In this document: positions 11,162 through 20,704 of the stretch, one piece after another | Layout of the letters: each line of letters opens with the position of its first letter | How positions within the stretch are numbered: the stretch's first letter is position 1 | Assembly (NCBI GenBank): GCA_018813905.1 | Contig: JAHJAO010000086.1 | Coordinates: 702-64,701 of the forward strand | Direction of reading: 5' to 3' | DNA: 64,000 nucleotides | Source of the DNA: Candidatus Omnitrophota bacterium | GTDB lineage: Bacteria > Omnitrophota > Gorgyraeia > B26-G9 | Program-made: the position numbers and the translations under genes | Notes under the pieces: generated by a model | What the model saw: only the letters and a program-made list of their open reading frames with translations | Told to the model about the DNA's origin: nothing | The model's database searches: none

Positions 11162-12151
11162 TCAATCTCTTTTAAAGAACCGCGGTATTCGTTCGCTTAT
11201 CGCGCAGGAAATTTCATAAGGGATGGTGGAGCAAATTTTGGCCAAATCTTCAGCGCTCACCCGCTTCTTACCTGCCGCGCCGATTAGAATCACCTCATCG
11301 CCTATCTTTACCTTCGGGATATGCCCGACATCAACCATGATCTGGTCCATGCACACCCGGCCGATAACCCGAGCATATTTGTTGCGGATTATAACTTTTG
11401 CGCGGTTAGAAAGAGCGCGCATATAGCCGTCCGCATAGCCGACAGCCACGGTAGCAACACGGGTATTTGCGCGCGCGGTAAAGGTGCGGCCGTAACTTAT
11501 GCTGCGGCCGGCCGCTACATCTTTTAAATAGACAATCCGGCTTTTAAAACTCAATACCGGCTTTAAATCAAAAAATTCTTCTAAATTTTTGTGCGGATAC
11601 ATCCCGTAAAGCATAATTCCCGGCCGCACCATATTTAAAGACAAATCACGCAGCCTGCCTACGGCGCTGCTGTTGGAAGCGTGCTTGAACGGGATCTCTA
11701 TTTTTTTTGCCTTTAAGCGGCGCAGTAATCCTTCAAAAATTTCTACCTGTTTTCCCGTAAACGCCATGTCCGTATCCGCGCTGGAAAAATGCGTGTACAG
11801 CCCCTCGATAAATATCCGGTTAAGTTTTGCAACTTTCACAATAAAATCTTCCGCCGCCGTATGCCAGACGCCGATGCGGCCCATGCCCGTATCAATTTTT
11901 ATATGCACCGGAACTTTCTTCTTTCCCAACAGCCGCGCCCAGCGGTCTAAAAGCCGTGCCGTGCGGTAATCCGGCACGGTAACGCGAACATTCAATTTTA
12001 ACGCCTGCTTGATTTCAGAGGAAGAAAACATCGCCCCTAAAATCAAAATGGGCGTTTTGAGGCCGGCGCGTTTTAAAACCTGCGCCTCTTCCGTATTCGC
12101 CACGCCCAGGTAATCCGCTCCGCAATATGCGAGTATTTTCGCCGTTTCCAC
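11162..12151 (-). CDS. alr: alanine racemase, main frame (residues after the PLP-Lys region); N-terminal 24 codons lie in another frame
   Basis: 329-aa ORF (GTG in track) with alanine racemase C-terminal barrel motifs. Manual back-translation shows the in-frame upstream sequence KKIVGKNIKILAPVKANAYGHG (PLP lysine motif) runs to a stop at 12221-12223. Confidence 0.8.
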   Translation of the reverse strand: METAKILAYCGADYLGVANTEEAQVLKRAGLKTPILILGAMFSSSEIKQALKLNVRVTVPDYRTARLLDRWARLLGKKKVPVHIKIDTGMGRIGVWHTAAEDFIVKVAKLNRIFIEGLYTHFSSADTDMAFTGKQVEIFEGLLRRLKAKKIEIPFKHASNSSAVGRLRDLSLNMVRPGIMLYGMYPHKNLEEFFDLKPVLSFKSRIVYLKDVAAGRSISYGRTFTARANTRVATVAVGYADGYMRALSNRAKVIIRNKYARVIGRVCMDQIMVDVGHIPKVKIGDEVILIGAAGKKRVSAEDLAKICSTIPYEISCAISERIPRFFKRD

Positions 12152-12293
12152 TATCCCATGGCCGTAAGCGTTGGCCTTTACCGGGGCCAGAATTTTTATG
12201 TTTTTTCCGACAATTTTTTTTTACCTGATGGAAATTATAAACTAAATTCCTCAAATTTATCTCGACCCAGGTTCGCTTATCTTTATTTTTCAT
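12015..12293 (-). pseudogene. alr: alr 5' segment in alternate frame (MKNKDKRTWVEINLRNLVYNFHQVKK), then out-of-frame read-through
   Basis: The first 26 codons match the alanine racemase N-terminus. The frame departs from the main alr frame at an A9 run (T9 on the plus strand, 12214-12222). Deleting one A restores a continuous Alr. Confidence 0.6.
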
Positions 12294-13000
12294 GCTTTTA
12301 CCCGTTTCTTTTTACTTTGAACCGTACAGGTATCCGGATAAAGGTATAACGCCGAGACGAAATCCGCGCGTTCCGCTTTGCCTGCCTGGCACCGGTTAAG
12401 ACATGCCTGCGCCAAAGCCTGTGCGTTCGGAAACCAAAAATCCGCCTTTGCCAGGGTGAATTTGCGCGTTATCAGCCGTTTGAGGTCCTGCTCGTATAAA
12501 CCCGCGCCGTCACCCGTAAAAACAATATCCTTTTTATACCTCGCTATTTTTTTCAAAAACCCCCCGAGTTTGCCCAGATAATAACCGGTTATCCGGACGG
12601 GATTTCCGGACCGGTTTTCATAAAGCGCGGCGTATACCTGCCCTCTTTTCGCGTCAATAACCGGGCAGATCAAGCCGCTGGTTTTATTTTTAAGCCCCCA
12701 GGCCAGAATATCCAGGCTGGGAACACCGGCAATCTTTACGCCTAAAGCCAACCCTAACCCCTTTACCAAAGCGATGCCGATACGGATACCCGTAAACGAT
12801 CCCGGGCCGATATCAACGCCCAAGAACCTTATATCATTTATCCGGATGCGGGCTCTTTTGAGCAGCCGTCCGATTTCATCCGGTAAAAGCTGCGCGTGCG
12901 CTTTTTCTCTTTCTTTGCGGCAAACCGCGATTACCTTACCCTGCCTGGCCAAGACCGCGCACAAAAATTTTGTAGACGTATCAATACCCAAAAATACCAT
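12290..13000 (-). CDS. tsaB: tRNA threonylcarbamoyladenosine biosynthesis protein TsaB
   Basis: 236 aa. LGIDTSTKFLCAVLA N-terminus (inactive Kae1/YeaZ fold). Adjacent to tsaE. Confidence 0.8.
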   Translation of the reverse strand: MVFLGIDTSTKFLCAVLARQGKVIAVCRKEREKAHAQLLPDEIGRLLKRARIRINDIRFLGVDIGPGSFTGIRIGIALVKGLGLALGVKIAGVPSLDILAWGLKNKTSGLICPVIDAKRGQVYAALYENRSGNPVRITGYYLGKLGGFLKKIARYKKDIVFTGDGAGLYEQDLKRLITRKFTLAKADFWFPNAQALAQACLNRCQAGKAERADFVSALYLYPDTCTVQSKKKRVKA

Positions 13001-13022
13001 TTTAAAAATACCTTTTTTTCTA

Positions 13023-13508
13023 TTAGAAACGCAGTTTTTTCGTTATTCTTTTTAAAATATCCCGATGCCGCCGGCCCGCCGCGCAAAAAGAAAACCGGCG
13101 CCGGTTTTTACTTAAAAAATTGATGGTAATCCGTAAATGCTCAAGCGGCAAAATGCCTTTAGTTTTATCCGCCCATTCCACGGCCAAAACGCCTTTACGG
13201 TTAAGATAATCTTCCACTCCCAGCTCCATAATCCGCTCCTTCGATTCTAAGCGGTATAAATCAGAATGAAAAAAAGGCAGGCGGCCGCGGTGATATTCGC
13301 GCATTAACACAAACGACGGGCTGACTACGGAATGTTCGTCTATGCCCAAACCCCGCGCGATCCCTTTTGCCAGCATAGTTTTGCCCGAGCCGAGTTTGCC
13401 GCAAAGGGCAATTATGGTGTTTGGTTTTAAAAACGCGGCGATGGTTTCGCCCAGTTTCCGCGTCTTGTGCGGACTTTCCGTAATCAGGCTGAAGTTTTTC
13501 TTGGCCAA
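13023..13508 (-). CDS. tsaE: tRNA threonylcarbamoyladenosine biosynthesis ATPase TsaE
   Basis: 161 aa. P-loop LCGKLGSGKT and TsaE/YjeE conserved core. Confidence 0.85.
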   Translation of the reverse strand: MAKKNFSLITESPHKTRKLGETIAAFLKPNTIIALCGKLGSGKTMLAKGIARGLGIDEHSVVSPSFVLMREYHRGRLPFFHSDLYRLESKERIMELGVEDYLNRKGVLAVEWADKTKGILPLEHLRITINFLSKNRRRFSFCAAGRRHRDILKRITKKLRF

Positions 13509-13549
13509 ACTAATCTTCCCTTTTTTTTAAAACAATCTGTCCAAAATAC

Positions 13550-14482
13550 TCAGAAGTGCCTGAACCCGCCAGCCTTTAATTTTTTCCTTACGCCATTTTT
13601 GTCTTCCGCTTTCAAGCCGAAGTTACCGCTCTTTATCTGCCCGATACAGGATAATTTCGTTTTAAATTTTTCCGGCCAGGACTTGAGCAATTTTTTAGCA
13701 AGTCGTTTCGGCACGGTAAAAAGCAGTTCAAAATCTTCGCCCGCGTAATAAGCTTTTTCTATTCCATTTTCTCTTTTTGAAGCCAGCGGAATATTGTCTT
13801 GCCATAACAAAGCGCCGGCCCGGCTCGTACTTAAGATATGGCCTAAATCCGCAAGTAATCCGTCAGAAATATCAATCATTGAATTTAACTTGAAATTCCC
13901 GGCCAGATACTGCGCCTCAGGCAATCTCGGCGCGAATTTCAAATGTTTTCCCTTATCTGCCGCCCCTCCCAGCGTGCCGGTTACAAAAATATAATCGCCT
14001 TCTTTTGCCCGGCTTCTTAAAACCAAATTATTTTTTCTTACCGTCCCCGCAACAAAGGAGGCGATAACTATTTTTCTCGAGCAATTCGTATCCCCGCCCA
14101 CAACTTCGATGCCGTAATCCCGGGCGGTCCGGCGGATACCTTCGAATATCTTTTTGGCAAAAGATAAACTTAACTTTTTCGGCAGCCCGACACTGATCAG
14201 GGCGTAACGCGGGATACCGCCCATCGCGGCAATATCGCTGATGGAAACGGCGAGCGCTTTGTGGCCGATATCATAAGGCGGATGACTGCGCTTGAAATGA
14301 ACGTCTTCAAGCAGCATGTCGGTTGTCAGCAGCAAAAAGTTATCCCGGTTAAAAGGAATAACGGCCGTATCGTCGCCGATGCCGGAGATTATTTTTGGCT
14401 TTCCCGTTTTTTTTAAAAACAATCTCGAGATAAGTTTTATAAATCCGAATTCACCGACATCCATCAATTTTTTCATTTTCAA
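13550..14482 (-). CDS. thiL: thiamine-monophosphate kinase
   Basis: 310 aa. GDDTAVI and DMLLEDVHF, GGDT motifs of the AIR-synthase-related ThiL family. Confidence 0.75.
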   Translation of the reverse strand: MKMKKLMDVGEFGFIKLISRLFLKKTGKPKIISGIGDDTAVIPFNRDNFLLLTTDMLLEDVHFKRSHPPYDIGHKALAVSISDIAAMGGIPRYALISVGLPKKLSLSFAKKIFEGIRRTARDYGIEVVGGDTNCSRKIVIASFVAGTVRKNNLVLRSRAKEGDYIFVTGTLGGAADKGKHLKFAPRLPEAQYLAGNFKLNSMIDISDGLLADLGHILSTSRAGALLWQDNIPLASKRENGIEKAYYAGEDFELLFTVPKRLAKKLLKSWPEKFKTKLSCIGQIKSGNFGLKAEDKNGVRKKLKAGGFRHF

Positions 14483-15516
14483 AATACACGCTTAATCTTT
14501 TGCGCGTAGGGAAAACGCAATACGGTCCTATCGGTTACTATCGCCGTAATCAACCGGGCGGGAACGACATCAAAGGCCGGATTATAGATTTTAACCTGAG
14601 CCAACGCTATCGGCTTCTTAAAAAATAACTCGCTTACTTCCTTGCCGCTGCGTTGTTCTATCGGTATCCGCGAACCGCTCGGCAGGCGCTTATCAACGGT
14701 TGAGTGAGGAGCAACAACATAAAAAGGCACGCGGTGCTGCCGCGCCAGGACCGCCAAGCTGTAGGAACCGATTTTGTTTGCGCTGTCGCCGTTGGCGGCA
14801 ATCCGGTCCGCTCCGATAAATACTTTATCGATTTTACCCTGCTGCATCAGGTATCCGGCCATGTTATCGCAGATCAAGGTAACATCGACTTTGTTCTTTT
14901 TAAGTTCCCAGCAGGTTAACCTCGCGCCTTGAAGCAAAGGCCGTGTTTCGCAGGCATATACTTTAATCCGCTTGCCCAACTGTTTTGCCCGGTAAACAGC
15001 CGAAAGCGCCGTGCCCAGGCCGACGGTAGCGAGTTGCCCGGTATTGCAATAAGTTAAAATGGTATCTTTATCTTTGATAAAACCCTGCGCCAAATCCGCC
15101 ATCTTCCGGCAGCTGGCAATTTCCTCGTTTGATATGAGCTTTGCCTCATCAAGCATAAGCTTTTTTATCGCGGCAATATTTTCGTGTTTATTTTTCAACA
15201 CCACATTTTTTACCCGCTTAAGCGCCCAGACAAGATTGACCGCGGTCGGGCGCGCGGACGCCAGATATTTAAACAGTATGTCCGTCTTTTTCTTAAGCTG
15301 CGCGTAGTTTCGTATTTTTTTATTATTTACGCCAAGCACCAGGCCAAACGCCGCCGCAACGCCAATAGCCGGCGCACCGCGCACTTTCAAAACACGAATA
15401 GCTTCCCGCGCCTGGCGCACATCCGAACAGCTAACATAAACCACCTTTGCCGGCAGTTTCGTCTGGTCGAGAAGAACCATCTTCCCTTTTTTCCAAGCGA
15501 CACTTTGAATCTTCAT
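14479..15516 (-). CDS. mtnA: methylthioribose-1-phosphate isomerase (eIF-2B alpha/beta/delta family)
   Basis: 345 aa. LLDQTKLP...VRGAPAIGVAAAFG N-terminus typical of MtnA. Confidence 0.75.
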   Translation of the reverse strand: MKIQSVAWKKGKMVLLDQTKLPAKVVYVSCSDVRQAREAIRVLKVRGAPAIGVAAAFGLVLGVNNKKIRNYAQLKKKTDILFKYLASARPTAVNLVWALKRVKNVVLKNKHENIAAIKKLMLDEAKLISNEEIASCRKMADLAQGFIKDKDTILTYCNTGQLATVGLGTALSAVYRAKQLGKRIKVYACETRPLLQGARLTCWELKKNKVDVTLICDNMAGYLMQQGKIDKVFIGADRIAANGDSANKIGSYSLAVLARQHRVPFYVVAPHSTVDKRLPSGSRIPIEQRSGKEVSELFFKKPIALAQVKIYNPAFDVVPARLITAIVTDRTVLRFPYAQKIKRVF

Positions 15517-15531
15517 CAGCTTTTTCCTGTT

Positions 15532-16491
15532 CTAGTGTTTATTATTAGCGTTTCTCTGCTGGTACACCACTTGCTTAAACCGCTCAAGGTCGACTTTGCG
15601 GCCCCAGATATTAGTCTGGTCCCGGCCTAATCTCTTGGACTGATAAAGAGCGACATCGGCTTGGGCAATCATTTCATCCACCACCATCGATCCGCCGTCT
15701 AAAAACGAACTAATGCCGCAGCTGAAAGTAACTTTTATAGAATGCTGAGGCGCGCCTAAATCTTTTTCCTTAACGATTATTCTTAGCCGTTCCATTAAGA
15801 TATAAGCGCCTTCATATCCGGTTTCAAGAAGCACCAACCCAAATTCATCGCCGCCAAAGCGGCAAATAATATCCGTAGAACGCATATTGCACCGCAATAC
15901 CGAAGCCACGCCCTTTATGACTTTATCCCCGACCGGGTGCCCGTAAGTATCGTTTATGTTTTTGAAATGGTCAATATCCACGATTACGCCGCAAAAATCC
16001 CGTTTATACCTGCGGCCCCGTTCAAATTCGTCGGCAAGCCGCTGCTGAAAATAGCGGCGGTTATAAATATAAGTAAGGCTGTCAATAACGGTAAGGCGGA
16101 ATAAGTCGTCATACACCTTTTTTAATTTTAAAAGATTTTTAATCCGCAAGAGTAATTCCCGTTCGTCCCCGCCCTTGGTCAGAAAATCAGAAGCGCCCAG
16201 TTCCAAACCCAGTAATTTATTATCGAGGTTGCCGCTGGAAGTAAGAAAAAGGATCGGCAAACTCGCCAGGTTTTCATTCTGCCGGATGCGTTTACAGATT
16301 TCGAAGCCGTCCATACCCGGAAGATATATATCCAAAATCACCAAATCCGGCGTTTCTTTTTCCAGCGCCGGCAGCACAAGTTCGCCCTTATCGATATGGG
16401 TTACTCTATAATTCGGTTCTTTATCCAGGCTCTTCTTTAAACGCTCAAAATCATTTTTATCGTCTTCCACTACCAGAATTTTGGCTTTCAC
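15532..16491 (-). CDS. response regulator with receiver domain and GGDEF diguanylate cyclase domain
   Basis: 319 aa. REC domain (ILVVEDD...LVILDIYLPGMDG) followed by an intact GGDEF (RFGGDEF) motif. Confidence 0.85.
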   Translation of the reverse strand: MKAKILVVEDDKNDFERLKKSLDKEPNYRVTHIDKGELVLPALEKETPDLVILDIYLPGMDGFEICKRIRQNENLASLPILFLTSSGNLDNKLLGLELGASDFLTKGGDERELLLRIKNLLKLKKVYDDLFRLTVIDSLTYIYNRRYFQQRLADEFERGRRYKRDFCGVIVDIDHFKNINDTYGHPVGDKVIKGVASVLRCNMRSTDIICRFGGDEFGLVLLETGYEGAYILMERLRIIVKEKDLGAPQHSIKVTFSCGISSFLDGGSMVVDEMIAQADVALYQSKRLGRDQTNIWGRKVDLERFKQVVYQQRNANNKH

Positions 16492-17597
16492 TCTTGTCGC
16501 CTCCTATTTAAAAACCGGATATAAATTGCGTTATTCGGACAAACCTCGCCGCAGCAAAAACAAAGAATACAACGCTGCGGATTTATTGACAACTTGTCCG
16601 AGGCAAGGATTATCGCCTGCTGCGGACAAGAATTCTTGCACATAAAACACAGGTTGCATCTTTTCCGGTCAATCCCGATCACAAGCGGTATAACTTTTAG
16701 AATTGTCCGGCTAATAATATTCGGCAGCTTGAACAGCTTCGCTATCCGCGGCGGTTTAAATCCAGCTGCCAAAACCTCGCCTATTTTTTCACCGACAATA
16801 TTAATCTTAGCTATATCCGCCTCTCCCAAGCCCAACTTATAAGCCTCTCGGGTACTAACCACATCCCCAGCGTTTAACCCGACTATTTTTGAAATTACAC
16901 TATCCAGCGCCACGGCATCGCTGGCTGCGAGTACAAGCCCGATTTTTATCGGCCGGCCGGAACTTGGGCCATCGCCGTCCATAGCCTCGATGGCGTCAAG
17001 GATGGTTAAATGCGGTCGCACCATCCCGTAAATCTTCGCGATCAAAGAGCTAAACTCCCGGTGGTTCGGAGCCTGTTTATGACAATATACCTTATACAAT
17101 CCCGGGATAAAACCAAATACATTTTTCACCCCTGCGGTTATCGTCGTTAAGTTGTGTGTTTTAAACTTGGGTAAAGACACGCAAACATCAACCTGCCGCA
17201 AAAGTTCCGCAAAGGGAATACCGTTTATTTCTATAATCCGGTCGAATTTTACCAGATTAACTTTTTCTTCCCGGCAGACCTGAGTAATACCGCACTTCTC
17301 ATAAACCGCATCTATTTTTACCAGTCCCGCCGGGCTGTCCCCGACAAATATCTGAGTTTCTTTTTCTTTAAAAACTCTAATCACCGCCCGCACGAATTCC
17401 GGGTGCGTGGTAACCGCCTCATCCGGTCGTGCCGCCCTTAACAGGTTTGGCTTTATCAATACCTTCTGCCCGGGCAAAACAAATTTATCTATACCGCCGA
17501 CCAATCCAATAGCTGCCTTAACTGCCTTGTATGTTTGTTGAAAATTATAGTCTGCGCAGCGGACCAGGCTTACCGTGCTCATCTTAAAATTTGGCAA
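16488..17597 (-). CDS. DUF362-family protein with C-terminal 2x[4Fe-4S] ferredoxin domain
   Basis: 369 aa. C-terminus CNLCFMCKNSCP...CILCFCCGEVCP gives two CxxCxxCxxxCP clusters. 4-bp overlap with the GGDEF regulator gene. Confidence 0.7.
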   Translation of the reverse strand: MPNFKMSTVSLVRCADYNFQQTYKAVKAAIGLVGGIDKFVLPGQKVLIKPNLLRAARPDEAVTTHPEFVRAVIRVFKEKETQIFVGDSPAGLVKIDAVYEKCGITQVCREEKVNLVKFDRIIEINGIPFAELLRQVDVCVSLPKFKTHNLTTITAGVKNVFGFIPGLYKVYCHKQAPNHREFSSLIAKIYGMVRPHLTILDAIEAMDGDGPSSGRPIKIGLVLAASDAVALDSVISKIVGLNAGDVVSTREAYKLGLGEADIAKINIVGEKIGEVLAAGFKPPRIAKLFKLPNIISRTILKVIPLVIGIDRKRCNLCFMCKNSCPQQAIILASDKLSINPQRCILCFCCGEVCPNNAIYIRFLNRRRQE

Positions 17598-17610
17598 TCT
17601 GTTTAAAAAG

Positions 17611-18417
17611 TTAATTCAGCGAGAAAAGTTTATAAGCATTTTCCGTAGTAACCCGGCAAATTTCGGCCGTAGCTATTCTTTTTATTCCGGCAATCTCCTG
17701 CGCTGTAAATTTAAGGTAAGCCGGCTCGTTCCGCTTCCCGCGTAATGTCTGCGGCGCCAGATACGGCGCATCCGTCTCCAAAAGCAGCCGCTTAAGGGGC
17801 GTATAGCTAACCAACTCCCTTAAGTTTTGCGAATTCTTATAAGTGATATTCGCGGTAAAAGAAATATACAGGCCTAAATCAAGACACGTCCGCAAAAATT
17901 TCTTATCCTGCGAAAAACAATGCATCACGCCCCGCATACCGGCTTTACCCTCTTTTGTGATTACCGAAAGCATATCTTGTGCCGCATCCCGGCAGTGAAA
18001 GATTAAAGGTAATTTTAATTCCGCGGCCAACTGCATAAAACCTGCCAACATCCTTCGCTGTTTGGCTTTTGACTCGTCAATCCCACAGGCTTTACTTTGT
18101 GTTTTGCCGAGACGATAATAGTCCAAGCCGACTTCTCCGATAGCTACTACTTTGGTATTTTTAGCTAAAGACCGGATTATCTCTATAGCTTTTTCTCCTT
18201 GCAGTTCGTTAACATAATGCGGATGAACGCCCACGGCGGCAAAAATATCCGTATAACTGGCGGCCAAATCCACGGATTGCTTTGATGTCGCCATATCCGC
18301 GGCCACATTTATAATGATTTTTACATCTTGCTCTTGAGCGCGTTTTATAACCAGATCCCTGTCCGCATCGAACTGTGAAAAATTTAAATGGCAATGCGTA
18401 TCAACTAACATTCTCAA
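17611..18417 (-). CDS. tatD: TatD-family metal-dependent hydrolase/DNase
   Basis: 268 aa. N-terminus LVDTHCHLNF and conserved His/Asp/Glu ligands. Confidence 0.85.
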   Translation of the reverse strand: MRMLVDTHCHLNFSQFDADRDLVIKRAQEQDVKIIINVAADMATSKQSVDLAASYTDIFAAVGVHPHYVNELQGEKAIEIIRSLAKNTKVVAIGEVGLDYYRLGKTQSKACGIDESKAKQRRMLAGFMQLAAELKLPLIFHCRDAAQDMLSVITKEGKAGMRGVMHCFSQDKKFLRTCLDLGLYISFTANITYKNSQNLRELVSYTPLKRLLLETDAPYLAPQTLRGKRNEPAYLKFTAQEIAGIKRIATAEICRVTTENAYKLFSLN

Positions 18418-19876
18418 TCCGCGGAAAAAGCGGCTCGCCCTTTTTTAGAATTTGCGCCGCAAACTGTTTTCTGATTTTCTCGGCGGTCTGCGGCATAAAG
18501 GGGGCCAACTGTTCTCGTACCCTATTTATAACATAAACCAGCGTAAAAATAAAGCCGCCCAGCTGCTCGGCTTTTTTTTCCTTAAACAACACCCAAGGCT
18601 TTGTATCTTCGACAAACTTATTGGCCGCGTTAACCAGTTCCCAAATTTTAGCCAGCGCCTGGTTAAAATTATACTGGGCCATCTCTTTTTCTACCGTCTC
18701 GGGCAGCATATCGGCGGCGGTTAAAAGTTCGCTGTCCAGTTTTTCCCGTTTTATGGCCGGCACTTTGCCCTGATAATATTTTTCCACCATCGTCAGCGTA
18801 CGGTGCACAAGATTACCCAGGTCATTGGCCAGGTCGCTGTTTATCCGGCGGATAAGCGCGGCTTCCGAAAAATTTCCGTCTTCTCCCAACGAAAACTCTC
18901 TTAAGAAAAAATACCGTAAACTATCCGAACCGTATTTTTCGATCAGTTCCACGATATCTGTTCCGGCGGCACTTTTGCTTTTTGATATCTTTTCGCCGCC
19001 GAGATTTATAAACCCGTGCACACAAATACGCCGCGGCAGCTCAATTCCCGCCGCCAGCAATATCGCCGGCCAGACCATAGCGTGAAACCAGAGGATATCT
19101 TTACCGATAATGTGCATATCCGCCGGCCAAAACGTCTCAAACCTCTTTCCTTCGGGCCAATCCAACGCGCTGATATAATTGATTAAAGCGTCAAACCAGA
19201 CAAAGATGACCTGGTCTTTATCGTTGGGCAGGGGGATCCCCCATTTAAAATTTGAACGCGATACGCTTAAATCCCGCACCCCCTCTTTAATCCGGTTAAT
19301 TATTTCATTACGCCGCGTTTTTGGCATTATAAAATTTTCGTTTTTATTCATGTAATCCAAAACCGCCTGCTGGTATTTGCTCATTTTAAAAAAGTAGCCT
19401 TCCGCTTCCATCCAATCAGGTTTACGAGCGTGAATGGGGCAATTGCCCTCTTTTAAATCGCGTTCTAAATAATACGACTCACAATCGATACAGTAAAAAC
19501 CTTCATATTTGCCTTTATAGATGTCTCCTTTTTCGAGCACCCGGGAAAAAATACGTTCGGCCGCTTTAATATGGCGTTCTTGGGTTGTACGGATAAAATC
19601 GTCGCATGAAATATCCAGCATCCGGCACAATTCCATAAATTTTCCCGACATCCGGCCAACAAAATCTTCAATGCTTTCTTGTGAAAGCGCGGCATATTTC
19701 TCCATCTTTTGGCCGTGCTCATCGGTGCCGGTGAGAAAAAAAACATTCTTGCCTTTTTTTCTCTGCCAACGGGCGATAACATCAGCTATTATTTTTTCGT
19801 AAGCATGACCGATATGTGGCGGGCCGGACGGATAATCAATCGCGGTGGTAATATAAAACTTATCTTCTTTTTTCAT
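18401..19876 (-). CDS. metG: methionine--tRNA ligase (short form)
   Basis: 491 aa. HIGH motif PHIGHAY, KISKSK (KMSKS), MetRS connective peptide with Cys knuckle. Confidence 0.9.
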   Translation of the reverse strand: MKKEDKFYITTAIDYPSGPPHIGHAYEKIIADVIARWQRKKGKNVFFLTGTDEHGQKMEKYAALSQESIEDFVGRMSGKFMELCRMLDISCDDFIRTTQERHIKAAERIFSRVLEKGDIYKGKYEGFYCIDCESYYLERDLKEGNCPIHARKPDWMEAEGYFFKMSKYQQAVLDYMNKNENFIMPKTRRNEIINRIKEGVRDLSVSRSNFKWGIPLPNDKDQVIFVWFDALINYISALDWPEGKRFETFWPADMHIIGKDILWFHAMVWPAILLAAGIELPRRICVHGFINLGGEKISKSKSAAGTDIVELIEKYGSDSLRYFFLREFSLGEDGNFSEAALIRRINSDLANDLGNLVHRTLTMVEKYYQGKVPAIKREKLDSELLTAADMLPETVEKEMAQYNFNQALAKIWELVNAANKFVEDTKPWVLFKEKKAEQLGGFIFTLVYVINRVREQLAPFMPQTAEKIRKQFAAQILKKGEPLFPRIENVS

Positions 19877-20690
19877 CCTCTTTCTGCTCTTTACGGTTTT
19901 CTTTTAAACAAATCTCTATTTTTCTTTCATCTTCCAGCTCCACGACATATTTCTGTTTCAATGTCTGCACGCTTATCACCCGGCCTTTTCCTTCGCCGGT
20001 TTCCACATATTGGCCTTCCTTGGGAAGAGATTTTGAATATTCTTTATAGGTCTGATACTCATACCCCAGACAACACATCAAGCGGCCGCAGCAGCCGGAA
20101 ATTTTCTCAGGGTTCAAAGGCATATTTTGCTGTTTGGCCATACGGATCGTCACCGGTTCAAAATCTTTAAGAAAAGACGAACAGCACAACCTGCGGCCGC
20201 AGCAGCCGAAACCGTCAAACATTTTGACCTCATCTCTTACTCCGATCTGTTTGAGTTCGATCCGGGCTTTAAACAGCGACGCCAGATCCCGCACCAGCTC
20301 CCGGAAATCAACCCGGCCTTCGGCGGTGAAATAAAAAATTATCTTACTGCGGTCAAAAGAATATTCTGCCTCTACCAGTTTCATGGATAACTTGCGTTCT
20401 TCGATTTTTCTCGCCGTGGTATCAAAAACATTGCTGATATCTTGTTTATTCTTCCCGATTTGAGCCAGATCCTGCGCTGTAGCTTTACGGACAACGCGCC
20501 GGATCACGCCTTCCGGTTTATTTTTACTCGTTTGCGTGCCGTCGGAAATAATCTGCCCGTAATCCAAGCCGCGCTCCGATTCGATAATTATGATATCGTG
20601 TGTTTTTATCTCTAAGTTATTACTGTCAAAAAACGCACTTTTCCCCTGCCGCCGCAATTTAACTTCTATAAGTTTACCAGACATATTCAC
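19860..20690 (-). CDS. ricT: PSP1 C-terminal domain protein (RicT/YaaT-like)
   Basis: 276 aa. PSP1 domain and C-terminal Cys cluster (CCGRRLCCSSF...CCGRLMCCLGYE). Follows holB as in the conserved holB-yaaT arrangement. Confidence 0.75.
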   Translation of the reverse strand: MNMSGKLIEVKLRRQGKSAFFDSNNLEIKTHDIIIIESERGLDYGQIISDGTQTSKNKPEGVIRRVVRKATAQDLAQIGKNKQDISNVFDTTARKIEERKLSMKLVEAEYSFDRSKIIFYFTAEGRVDFRELVRDLASLFKARIELKQIGVRDEVKMFDGFGCCGRRLCCSSFLKDFEPVTIRMAKQQNMPLNPEKISGCCGRLMCCLGYEYQTYKEYSKSLPKEGQYVETGEGKGRVISVQTLKQKYVVELEDERKIEICLKENRKEQKEDEKRR

Positions 20691-20704
20691 CTCTTAAAAT
20701 TAAT

